DNA of 63,891 bases, filler included, from Folioceros fuciformis (Eukaryota): assembly GCA_049999805.1 (NCBI GenBank). It is 5 parts of 4 records of this genome, joined end to end, with 100 filler letters (N's around TTAATTAATTAA, not from the genome) between each part and the next. Parts side by side here need not be neighbours in the genome. Positions count along the whole stretch, not along the records: positions 22,115 to 40,801 come from JBNGIO010005936.1; 4 more parts are not named here. One strand, given 5' to 3'. The first letter of the stretch is position 1; each line of letters starts with the position of its first letter. A model generated the notes under the pieces. It ran no database searches and was not told the origin of the DNA. It saw only the letters and a list, made by a program, of their open reading frames with translations. The position numbers and the translations under genes were made by a program. Shown here one piece after another: positions 28,955-40,801 of the stretch.

Positions 28955-31900
28955 AAGAACGAAGCTATGGGATGCTAGGAGCCTCTCGGCGATGGAGGAG
29001 GCGCCGGGCAGGGGCTAGCTCGGTGGCTCTACGGAGGCGATGAGCCCCCCACGGAGGAGCTCAACAGTTGGCATATGGGCGGCAGTGGTCGGTTTGTGTG
29101 CTAATAAACAGAAGGTGCGCGGGGAAAACGCGGTGGTGACGGAATCTAATCAACCTTACGTTGGCCTGACAAAAGCCGCGACAAAGGATGACTCGCAGGT
29201 ACGGACACCTGAGGTGAACTATGCGAAGGATCAGGTACGGGCGGACTCTTCTCAAGATTATGCCTCAGGTTCAGCAAAAGAGGGTATAGGGTTACAGCTC
29301 GGTCCTCTGGTGGACGTGCTCACCGAAGCGCTATTTTTTCAAAAAGAGGAAGACAATCTTGCTTCCAATTCAGTCGTGGGGCGGCTTCTATCGGGAGGTC
29401 CTCCTACCGTGGAGGAATTGGAGGACTGGGTGGCACAAGTTACGGGTTGCCCTCCAACGTATGTCTTCTTAAAAGCATATGGTTCTTTCCAGATTAAGTG
29501 TGACGAGGCAGCTGGAGCCCATGCTCTCTTGCAAACAACAAAGTCATTTTGAGGATCTATCCCGGTGTTGGAGGCCTGGTCTCCTTGGAGTACGATCATG
29601 CAATCTAAAATCAAGCGGCACTTTTTGTGGGTGGGTCTCCCAGCCTTGCCTGTTCAACTCGTCCCAATGATCCACCAGATGTTGGAGACCATTGGCAGGG
29701 TGGTGGAAAGTTCCTAAGGTGGATTCTCAATTCTTCAATAGCAGCAAGCCACCACGTTTTGGTGTAAGAGTGGATAGCCTTCTCGCTTTGCCGGAAGGTG
29801 TTGTCATCCGTGATCCAGAAGATCCCTCTAAAAGTTTCATGCAGCTCTTTGATTAGCCCGATCTGCCTATTAGGTGTGGAATGTGTGGTGTGCAAAACAA
29901 TCTTAAGCGAATGTGCCCTCTTCGAGCCGGAAAGGGAAGCGGGAGTGACAAAGCTAAGACGAGGCCTTCAGGCCCGCTACCTGGTTTTAAAGGTGCTCCT
30001 AAGAGGTCTTGGAGGACTAACCTTGGAGCGCAACAATGGGCAAGCAAGGTGCAACACGCTTTCTTCTCGGGGAGCGCTGGTGTAACCAACACGCAGATTA
30101 AAATGTGTGCGCTCTTGAGGAAGAAGGTGGATAAGACTTATTTCTACTAGATGCCGAAGGGCGGGAAGCTCAGGGCCTTGCCTACACGCTCCTTCCAGCT
30201 AGGGGCATCGTTTGGGGATCAGCTCCCTACTCTTTGGAGTGCAGTTACATTGAAAGTTAGGGGCATGCTACAGGCGAGCCTGAGGTTTGATGACCAAGCC
30301 GTGAGAATGTCTCTTCTATATGCAAGACAGAGTATATGGTGTGTCACAGACTGGATGATAGTTCCTCCATCTTATATGTGACCACACTGATTGAGCTGAG
30401 CGAGGAGTGCCGTCTTCGAGACGTTAACGGGTCGCAATGGAGGGGGGAACCTCAAGTACTGGCTTGTATCAAGGATGCAAAGTTTGGCAAAGGTAGGGTT
30501 ACTCTCACTTCTCGGGTGATCTTCAAGGCTCACCTTGGTTTTTTGGGCCTTCTCACAGCCCCGATCTCTATCAAACTCCCAAGCACTTGGGAGCTCAAAC
30601 GGGAAGAGCATTTGGTGGTAGAAGATGTTGTTCCTATGGAGGAGGACCCTAGTAGTGTGGAGCATGATCGGAGGGTTGGTTTGTCTCCAATAGGTGGGCT
30701 CAGTGATCCTTTTAATTAGAACAAGGTTATAAGCGGGGAGCCCGCCCAAAGGAAGGATGACCACCACCCTACCTGTCCCACAGTAACACAGAACTCCTTA
30801 GGAGGCTCCCTGGAAGCAATCCTTGTAGAGCTAGCAGCAAAGTCGGTGTCCCAGGGAAGGATTGCGAAGGGTGGGGTCTTCACCGTAGTGGACAAGGTGG
30901 CAGCCCAGCGAGTATTAAGTCAAGCTCGCTCATCGGAGAACCCCAGATCGGGGCGGATTGCATGGCGGGTCGCTCAAGGGGGAGTTCAGAGGGAGGGCCA
31001 ACGACCCAAGGTAGGGGAACGCACAGGGCCTAATGCTAGGCTGGAGCTTGGTGAGCAGGTGCCACACCAGGAGGGTGTTGACGAGCGCTTGGGTTTCCCT
31101 GACTGCATGCAGGTGACAAGAGTCAAAGTCGGTCCTGAACACTCTGAAGGACTAGGGGCAAACACTGCTCAGTCGGCCCAGCAAGGAGGTGTGAGCCGTA
31201 TAGTGGTTGAGCCTCACGAAATGGGAAGGGCGGCGCAGGATGGTGACTTCGGGGTACCTCAGGGTGTGGGGCGAAGCGCAGGGAGGTTGGCTCAGGATAG
31301 CTCCTTATCCCGGCTTCTTGTGGCGCAGCTAACCGGCTACTCAGAGTCGGGTTCAGGACCCCCTTCCTCACCGCCAAAGGTGAAGGATGGAGCAGCGTCT
31401 CGGAAGGCGTTGGTGTGGGGCTCAGTAGGTGAGGAAGCAATGGGCAAGCACGAGGACTTACAACTCTGGTGGTAGCAGCAGTCCGCTCAAGAGGTTTCTG
31501 GCAACGAGCTTGCCCGGGAACGATGCGTTCGACCGGTTCCCAAGACTGATGGTGAGTGGACTGGGGATGTTGCGGCGAAGGTACTGCTGGCCGGTGGTGC
31601 TAGGGCCGCAGAACAGCCAAAGCAAGTCCTGCCAATGTTCAAGGATCAGCAGGACGCAGGAGCACGAGCTCCATCACTGCTGAATCACGACGATTCTAGT
31701 GTAGAAGGAAAAAGACAGTTCTCGGCTTTGGATTTGGCAAACGAGGAGAGCAAGGCAGGGGTAGCGGATGATTCTGAAAAGCTAGGAGCGCTTGCGCTCC
31801 TGTCCAGGAGGAATCTTAAGCTGGCAAGCGGTTAGGCACGATCCAACGTATCTCCTCCAGAAATGGTGGAAGGGAGATATGGGGAAGTGATGCAAGAATT

Positions 31901-34900
31901 TCCTACCGCGATGGTTTGGGAGGATGAAGTCTCGGGGGCGAAAAATTCAGTCGAGGCGGTGGCCCAACCTGCCAGGGGTGTCTTAGAGTCGGATCAGTCT
32001 ACATCGTCGCTGCCTGCACCTATGATTCAGAAGTTTTTTTCCGTCTTGGCCTCAGGTGCAGGCCGGGAGTGGGAGGAGGGTGTCCCGAAGGCTGGCAGCA
32101 ATCGCGTGCTGGGCAAACTCCAGATTCCCAGGGCAGCTGTCGAAGGTAGAGATAAATCACTTAATTGTGTCGGTGCATGCACAGATGTGGCCTTTTCACA
32201 AGGTCAGGAAGTCGATGAGGTTTGTGTAAGGGAGTGCTTGCAGGCTGTGTTCTCCACGGATCTGGAGGCGGGTCGGGATCTGGGTGGAGTGCGTTAGGGA
32301 TCCTGTGGACAATATAGTGAAAGAGGACATGGAGAATTTGCGCTTGATCCTCAAGCTAGGTCAAGAGCGTAGATGCTGGTAGGGATTGCGGTAGGGTGTG
32401 ATCGCTCAGGCCTCGAGACAAGGTGCTTGAAGGGAGAGGCAGTTCCTTCGGCTGGCGACCCCAACGCAATGCTCCAGAAGGATTCTGCTGAAGCAATTCG
32501 TAACAACGCCATGGTGGGAGATCAGGAGGTGGGCTATGCCTGCAAGCAAAGGACGAGATCTAAGGTGAAAGAAGGGCTGCTTGTAGGGGGACGGGTGGCA
32601 GATGGGATTAAAAGATCCCTGGCCTTCGACATGGAGAAGGAGGTGTGGGCGTGTACGAGCGACGCTTCAGAAGCTGTAATTGATCCTGGAGCAACGCCGG
32701 GGCTACTCTCTCGTGGTTTTTGCCTACAAAGTGTGGAGGATTTGTCTCCTACACCCTCGTGCTGGAGTCCAAAGCAGGATTTGTTGGGCGTGGGGGTGGG
32801 GAAACGTCCCGGAAAAATTGTGAGGCGGGAGAGTTGCAGGCTTTCAAGGACAGAGCATCCCAAGCGGGGATTGTTTAGGGAGGGGAGGTAGAGGCGACTG
32901 GAAGTCTCCTTGCCAAGCTCACAACAACTGCAGCTTCTGATTCGGTACTCGAGGCTGCCACTGAGGGCGATCAGGTGGAGGAAGCGAGTCGAGATGTTGT
33001 GATAACCCCAGATGTGCTGGATGAGCTGCATGAAGGTGGCCAGGTGGCTGGAGGGAAAAAAAGCTCCCTTGCCGATGGGATTGGGGAGGAAAAATGGGCG
33101 TACATGGGAGGGGAGGCAGATGCTATCACCGTCACGGGTGCTCCGCCGGGACTTCCTTCCTAGGAGCTTAAGCTTCAAGGCGGGGTGGCGTTGCCTCCTT
33201 CGCGTTTCAGCTAGGGGCCGGAGTCTGAAGATCACTTAAGGGCTCCGAGTGTGGTCTTAGGAGGGTGTCCAGAGGGGGGAAGTCTTCAAATATCCAGGAG
33301 CAAGGAAAGTCAGGCTGGGTTTACTCAGGGAGGGGAGGTCTTTGTGGCTAGATACTTCTCTGACACATCCAAGGAGGACGAAGCGGAAGTGGTGCTTGGG
33401 GACTCCGGCAAGGGAGGGATTATAAGGGCCTTTGCCTATAGGTGCACGGAGGAGGAGGAGGCGAGTACCGGCGATGCTTTAGTAGCTGGCATCAGGATTG
33501 GAGTAGCAATAGATGCTACTTCTCAGGAGAGCTGTTTGCACGCTTCGGAGGTGTTGAGGTCACCAGGTTTGAGCCGGGAGCCAGGGCCTGGACTTCTTTC
33601 AAGGGCGGTCAGCGAGGGCGTGGGAAGGAAATTAGTCTCGATTTCCAGGAGCAACATTCGCCGGGCTCCTCGGCGCCAATGTCACCTCTTGACATTGAGC
33701 TGACATTGGCCCCCTGGGATTTGGTGCAAGAGCGGGATCCTGGCTTCACTGTTGGGCTGGATCCAGACGTGAGATCGGCCCATACTTCCACAGCTGAGCA
33801 TTCTGTGATTGAATCAGGTTGGGTACCATGCAAGCAAAAAAACGTGGAGATGGCTGTGGGGAAGAGGACTCGGACCTTAGAGGATCCGTCTGTTAGGTTT
33901 AAGCGATAGAACCATATCGCTGTGGCCAAGGCCAGGAAAGCCTTGAACAGAGTGGTTCAACGGATGGCCATGAAGGTAATTTCCCCGAATGAAAAAAGAT
34001 CAAAGTGGTAGAAAGGCTTAGGGGTGGAAATTGGATGCAAGGGCAGGGCTCAGCTAGTGAGATGATGGATCCCCTGATCAGGTGTGGAAACTGCAGCACT
34101 GAAGAGAGATTGGGATCAAGGGAAGATGAAAAAGGTTCAATGAGCCCGACAAAGGTTTTGCCTGATGGCGTGAGCCCCATCATGCGAGAAAATGTTGTGT
34201 ATGCTTCCGAGGACGACTTGTTTTCCACCCCTGGTATAGAGGACGACGAGGACAAGGAACCAATCTGGCATGAGGTCCAAGCCGTCTTTTCTAGGGATGA
34301 AAGATGCTCCTCTCCGCTAAGTTCCTGGGAAAGGAGCTGGGACCAGACCAAGATGGCGCAGCAAGGTTTCTGCCCTCTAGGGCTGGAGAATCTTACAAGG
34401 ATTAGTGGCCAGGGAAGTCGGACATCGGAAAAACTTGCCACGTGGAAAGGCAGTCAATACTCATTCAACCTTACAGTTACAAGGAAAGTTCAGGGCACTT
34501 GCTCGTACCTGATTAGGTTAGGAGACGAGGGGGAGCTGCTCCCTATCATCATTCCATTGCAGCATCATTCCATTGCAGCAGTTGCACTCAGGGCAGGACA
34601 GGAATTTTGTCGCCTTGTCATCCAGAGGGGTTTTGGCGAGTAAGGAAGGCAAGGAGGTGGAGTTTTTCAGCGGTATTTACCAGTTGGGTGACGGACATTT
34701 TGCTGATATCCACCTCAAACAGGCATGCGGACCCACTATGCCGCTTACTCCTGAATGGAGGTGGACCCTAGACGTGCCCTGGGCGACAGACAGGTCCTAG
34801 ACTCTAGACATGGCCGTAGGGGAGTCTGAGAGGCTCTCAAGTGCTAAGGGCAAGAGGTGTGCGCCTGCAGTCCGTAAATCTAAACAGCTTCAAAGAACGT

Positions 34901-37900
34901 CTCTAGACCTTAAAGCTAATAATTAGCTGTCTCGGTCTAGACTCATGTCTGGGGCTAGGATGCCTAAACCTGCTGCGGTCTGGAAGCTCCCAAGCAAACC
35001 CTGATAAATGGGTCTCGACACCTTAAAACATTATGAGAGGGGGACACACCTGCAAGTCATCTCATGGAATGTGAGGGGTTTAGGGGGATGGTCAAAGACA
35101 GCTTCAAAGTGTACGAGGTTGAAGCACCTGTTAGAAGAGGATGTCACTTGGGATGTTGTTTGCCTGCAAGAGCATAAGCTCTCTATGGAGCATATCCAAA
35201 AAGTGAAGAAGCTCTTCCTTCCAGGTCGAACTGAATGGGTGGCAGCTAGAGTAGAGGAAGCAAGAGGAGGGGAATCTCCGACTCAACGAACATCAGCAAC
35301 CCCGGGGGGGTGTCCATAACTGTTCACCCAGAACACACTCACAATATCTTGGAGTCGGGTCAAGATGAGGGTGGTAGGTTTGTGTGGCTGGTGCTACAAA
35401 CACCTTAAGGCCCACTCAGCATCTGTAATATTTATGCCCCCAATGCTGCCTCTGACAGGAGTAGTCTCTGGGGTAGGTTGGGGGAATAGTTGGATGAGCA
35501 GATACCGTGGATGTTGGCTGGGGATTTCAAATTTGTTGAAAGATGGGAAGATATTCGAGGAAAGAGCCCAATAGATATTCGGATGGTGCCCATGTCTTGG
35601 CAGGAACTGAGAGACAATGTCTTGGTTGTTCAGGATCCATGGCTGGCCCTCCCAGCGCACCGTTAGCCGCAATCCTTGAAGTTTAGCTAGACTAACCAAC
35701 AGCAACAGAATTTGGGAGCGCGCAAATTGGACAGATTCTATGTTCCGTCTGGTTGGTTATCCCTTATGCAGTCATATAGTATCCTTGCTGGTTTAGGGTC
35801 ATCACCCTATTAGCTTGCACTTGAGGCTTGCCCCTGCCTCGGAGAGGCAGAGGAGGCATATGCAAAACTTCGGATGAACACGTCCTTACTTAAGGAAAAA
35901 GGTGTGTTCAAGGAGGTCAAAAACATATGGCAGGGAATAGAACAAGGGGAAGAGCCTGCTGTGTCCAGATTGATATGTGCTAACAATGTCGCGACTAGGT
36001 ATTTGAGGAAACGGGGGGTTCAAAGGGCGAAGGAACTACGCCAGCAAGAATGTTTTTGGAGAGAGGAACTAGGCTGGCTACAAAGGAGTTGTGAGGAGCG
36101 GGACTTCACAATCGAAGAAGAAGCTCGAAATACAGAGGTGCAGTGTGCCTTGGCTAAATTGGAAGAAGACAGAGCCAGAGGGTGGTTTAAACGGGAGAAG
36201 GTTAAATGGGTGAACGAAGGGGACGGTCTGTCTAAATTCCTTTTCGATAAGGGGGCTGCTAACCGGCAAAGGTTGCGCATCCCTGCTCTCTCGGACGCGC
36301 AAGGAGTGGTGCAGGAGTTGCTTGAAGGTTTGAAAAAACTCATCACCTCTTCTATGTGGGAATTTTTTCTAGCGTTGGGAAGGTGGTAGGGCGGGAGCGA
36401 CTATGGGCGTCATCCTACGGGTCACTTCCGGCTAAAGCTTCTGAAGTCCAACGTCGGGAGCTGGATAAGCTGATTACTGCAGATGAAGTGCTCCAGGCTA
36501 TGAAGGGGATGCCAAGGAATAAATCCTCGGGTCACGACGGTATCTTGCCCGAGTTTCTGCTGTGGGGGTGGGAGTTTATGCAGCCTTTATTCATGGAGGC
36601 GGTGGACATGATCTGGGAGGAAGGCAGCATGGGGAGTTGGTTTAACATGGGGGTCATCGCCTTGCTCCCTAAGCAGGACACCAGTTTATCGATCTCTGAT
36701 TGGCATCCAATCACCTTGCTTACAACTACGTACAAGGTGATAGCTAAGGTTCTAGCTAACCACATTAAGCCTTTTCTGGATGATTGGATTGAGAATAGAT
36801 GGGGGTTCATCTAGAATAGATGCATCTTGGACAACCTTCTACTCTTGCGGGAGGCTAAGTATAATACGTAGGTTTAGAAGAAAGCTGCCGTTTTCATTTC
36901 CCTGATTTTTACAAGGCTTATGATTCCATTGAGTGGCACTTTTTGTGGAGGTGCTTGCATAGCTTTAGGTTCGGGAATACCTTCTGTAGGTGGATCGCCT
37001 TTTTGTGTGAAGATGCAGGGGCCAAGGTTGCGGTCAATGGAACCTTTACGGAGCGGTTTGGCATTCATCGGTCGGTACGTCAGGGTTGCCCCTTTGCTCC
37101 ATTCTTATTTATTATTGTTATTGACTTCTTCCTATGAGCAGTTAAATAAGGCCAGGCAGTCGAGGGTATTCGCAACCTAGACAGATCGCAGTTAAGGGTC
37201 TCTGCCTTTGCAGACGATACTCTTCTTTTTTCCTCGGCAGAGGAGGCCTCTTTGAAAGCTTTGCTCCAACAGGTCAAGGTCTTTGGGGAATTGTCGGGGT
37301 GCAAGGTTAATTGGAGTAAGACTTGTATGATGTGTCTGCACATGGAAGGGGAGTTACCTCCATGCATTCGACACATTCGAAGGGTGATGCAGGGGTGCTC
37401 TCACAAATATCTAGGACTTCCCTTCCATGAGGGATATGAGAACAGTGAGATAGGTAAGTATGTGTGCCTCAGATTCATTCGTAAAGTGCTGAGCTTGCAA
37501 TTGTTGGAGCTTAACCTTGCAGGAAGGTTGGTGGTGAATAATCACATTCTATCAGCCTCGCTATGGTATTATTTGTTCTTGTGGGCCCCTACCAAGATAG
37601 AGGTGAAACGGTTGCAACAAGTGTTGACCTCTTTCTTGTGGAAGCGTGCGGGGGATAGCTCGGCTAGGTGCTCTAAGGTGGCTTGGCAACACATTATTTA
37701 GGCATGTAGTTTGGGGGGGCTTGGGGTGGTTGATTCGGTTGCCAAGATGAAAGTCTTGCATGCTCAGTGGGTTGTTAGGGCGGCGGATCTTGCCTACTAC
37801 CCCTGGAAGAGCCTACTAACACAGCATCTGGAGTGCACCCAAGCTGTCACTAGGGGAAGGAGGTCTATCGACAACATCCTTGCTGATAAACCACTTCTTG

Positions 37901-39590
37901 ATATGGCAGAGTGCTCCCCACTATTCAAGTCAATCTGGAGTAGCTACTTAGAGGTTAAGCAGTGCATTATCCCTATTAACCCTGTGCATGTTGATGATGT
38001 TCTGGGTGTTCCTTTGCAAGGTTTCTCGAGGTTGTGGGCTCAAGAGTTTAGGGCAAGGGTGTATTGGTCACAAATCTTCGGATTGGCGTGTCGGCAAGGT
38101 GTTATCCAGCTTGGTCACTTATGGAATAGAATAGAGGCCCGCTGGATGGAGGTGGAGGAAGTCAAGGGTGAATTTGGATTAGTAACTAGACATGTTAGGC
38201 TCATTTTTTCATGGCTGCAAGAGGGGTTGGAGGATAACGTACAACAGGTGTTGAGGCAACAACCTACTCGGGGCGCCAAGGGGTGGTATGCGTACTCCAT
38301 GGATAGTAAGGGAGTCGACTCTGAGGAGGATGAGCAGGAGGATGACCTAGAATTGGATAGGGCAGTTTGGCTTACAGTTACGGCTGACAAAGAAGAATTA
38401 CGGTCATTCAAGGTCTTATCGCCTGAAGGGCTTTTGGGAGATCAGGGCAGGGATGATGGTGATATCCGAAGAGAGGAACTAAGGGCCATCACGGTCCTCT
38501 CAAAGTCTGTTCGCACAGGGCGGTGGTGCACTCAAGTTGAACGTTCTAGTGGGCCACAAACCTCGGTCAAACCAGTCGTGCGATGTTGGTTTCGGCTCGA
38601 TGAAAATTGGGATTTGGCCTTAAGACCAGATCTCTACAAATGGCCCGGGAGGCCAGGGTGCAAAGCGGTCAACCTTCGGTCCTTCTTCAACTTCCCAACG
38701 GCAGACATCTTCCTCTGGATGGTACGAGCGCAGAAACTCAAGCAATGGCAACCAATGGCTCCTAGGTTACAGTTATTTGTGAGCCGACTAAGGGAAGCTA
38801 TCAAGTTGCTTTGGAAGTCAGTAGGTATTCCTCCCAAGGTTAGGGCAACAGTTTGGTGCTTTTTTCAAGCTTGTTTGCCTAATGCGGATCGCTGGGATGG
38901 GTTGTTGGTTGCTACGGGAGAAGACCAGTGTCGACTGTGCTCCTCTGGTGCCCCAAACAAAAGCCATTTCTTCCATTGTAGTTTTGCCCAAGAGGTATGG
39001 AGTGAGGTGGGCAGTTGGTTGCTAAGGATTCCCCCTGGCACCAACCTCAGGATCACGAAACATACTGCCCTCTTTGGGTTGGATTCAACCTCGGGCAAAG
39101 CTCTACTTCAGGTGCAATGGTGGGGTTTACTATTGTCTTCTTGCCTTTTTCATCTTTGGGTCAACTTGTTTGCCGTGGTCTATGGAGGTAAGGAGCCAAC
39201 CTCGTCTAAGGCTCTACTTTGGCTCCTTTGGGAGCATATACTAATTGCGACAGAAAGTCTAGGCAGTCCTATCGCAAACAGTTCAAACGGAGCGAATGGA
39301 GGTCGGCAGGCTTCCTAGTTACTAGGACTGACGATCACTGTAATCAAGCCTGCCCTTGGGGAAGGTGAGCCCCATGGCCCTCGGGGGATTTTGAGGGTGA
39401 AGACTAGATGGTCTTTGCAGTCCGTTATTATCAAGGTGGTGGGGAGCCTTCCCCTCGCCTGTCCAGAGGGCTGGGCACTAGGTCCATTTTCCTCCCAATC
39501 TTGTGCCCATGCTATGTAAATATGTAGGCAGGGGTCCCCTTAGTATTATAAGAGGACGAAAATATTAATCTAAATATTTTCTTCACGAAA
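28955..39590 (+). mobile_element. Full-length but degenerate L1/Tx1-type LINE (~10.6 kb) with 15-bp target-site duplication
   Basis: TSD aaaatcccacatgat at 28940-28954 and 39591-39605; A-rich 3' end; ORF1 has a DUF4283-like region and zinc-knuckle remnant; ORF2 from 35008 has APE endonuclease (SWNVRGLG, CLQEHKL), RT (KSSGHDG, PITLLTTTYKVIAKVLA, RQGCP, FADD) and zf-RVT (CRLC...HFFHC); many stops and frameshifts. Confidence 0.93.
35008..39318 (+). pseudogene. LINE ORF2 (APE endonuclease - reverse transcriptase - zinc finger), disrupted
   Basis: Collinear ORF fragments 35008-35319, 35874-36389, 36356-36814, 36943-37137, 37252-37701 and 37711-39318 carry the EN, RT and zf motifs. Confidence 0.88.
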
Positions 39591-40178
39591 AAAATCCCAC
39601 ATGATGTAGCAAAGCATTCAGTTTTGCTAGACGTCCTTAAAAGACATGTCATAAGTCATCATGACAAAGCTTTCCACTCACAAACGAGAATTGCTAGATT
39701 ATTTCCAACCAATATAGATGTGAGTAAGAGATTCTAAGATAAAATCTTTAGGTAAACTAAATATTTTTAATGCTTCTTAGAGAGAGTGATCACTTTTAAG
39801 CAACCATGTTGAGAACTGCTCAAATGTCTTTTAGTAAAACTAGTCGCTCTTTCAAAAATATTTTTTTATAAAATTAAATATTTTTAAATGGTGAAAAATT
39901 AAAGGGGAATCGTTCCTTAAAGGGACCCCTGAAGATACTACAAGTTAGTCCAAATAAGGAAAGAGGCGATTGCAGTTAGATTCTTGGACTTTGAGTGCAT
40001 GTCGCATGTGGGTTCACACCATTATTGTAGGCTATTCGAGATACGCATCGAAAATTTACAGCTGNNNNNNNNNNNNNNNNNNNNNNNNNNNNNNNNNNNN
40101 NNNNNNNNNNNNNNNNNNNNNNNNNNNNNNNNNNNNNNNNNNNNNNNNNNNNNNNNNNNNNNNNGGCCGAAAGGGGCC

Positions 40179-40303
40179 CAAGGTGCTCGAACTTGTTTAA
40201 TAAGAAGTGGCAGCCCACCCATCCCAGGGGCTCGCACTTGTTTGACAGGTTGCGGCCCACCCGTTCAAGGTGCGCGCACAAGTTTAACAGGTTGTAGCCC
40301 ACT
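40179..40303. repeat. Degenerate ~42-45-bp tandem repeat (3 units) bordering an N gap
   Basis: caagg(t/g)gc(t/g)cg(a/c)ac..gttt(a/g)a(c/t)a...gcccac recurs three times. Confidence 0.7.
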
Positions 40304-40734
40304 GGTCGCAGCGGCCCTATGGGCTGCTGTGGTAAGCCATACAATCGTCATCTGACACGAGACCCATACGAAACATAGACCTCACTGGACTGTGCATCAA
40401 TGAATCCAGTGTCCTTGCTCCAACATGTTAAGTTCTCACTTGCACACCCTCAATGATGCGTCTCCTGAAACCTATAACCCTTGAGACTCGGGAGAAAGCA
40501 GCGTACAAGAAAACAGCTAGAGGGTGATCCGACACACGGATGCTTTCAGGTGGAGAAAGTACAACCAGAAACCTGAAAGATCTGGAGTCAAATAGAGAAA
40601 GTGGCAGAATAAATAGGACTATCTAAGGCAGCAGTGAGGGAACTAGCCTCCTTCTTGCAGGAAGAAAGCCCCTACAATGATATCCTGCAGCGAAGCCCAG
40701 CTGCTTCCTCGGAGGGACGCAAGGCAGGAAGCGG

Positions 40735-40801
40735 TTAGTAGATAGGCGATCGGCGTGGTGTGCCCTTTCTTCTGTTGACAGAGGGTATCCTGGGAGACGG
40801 A
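40735..40801 (-). CDS. PLATZ: 3' end of a second PLATZ paralogue (remainder presumably in the assembly gap)
   Basis: Reads [21 protein letters not shown], versus [17 protein letters not shown] in the gene at 18291. Confidence 0.75.
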
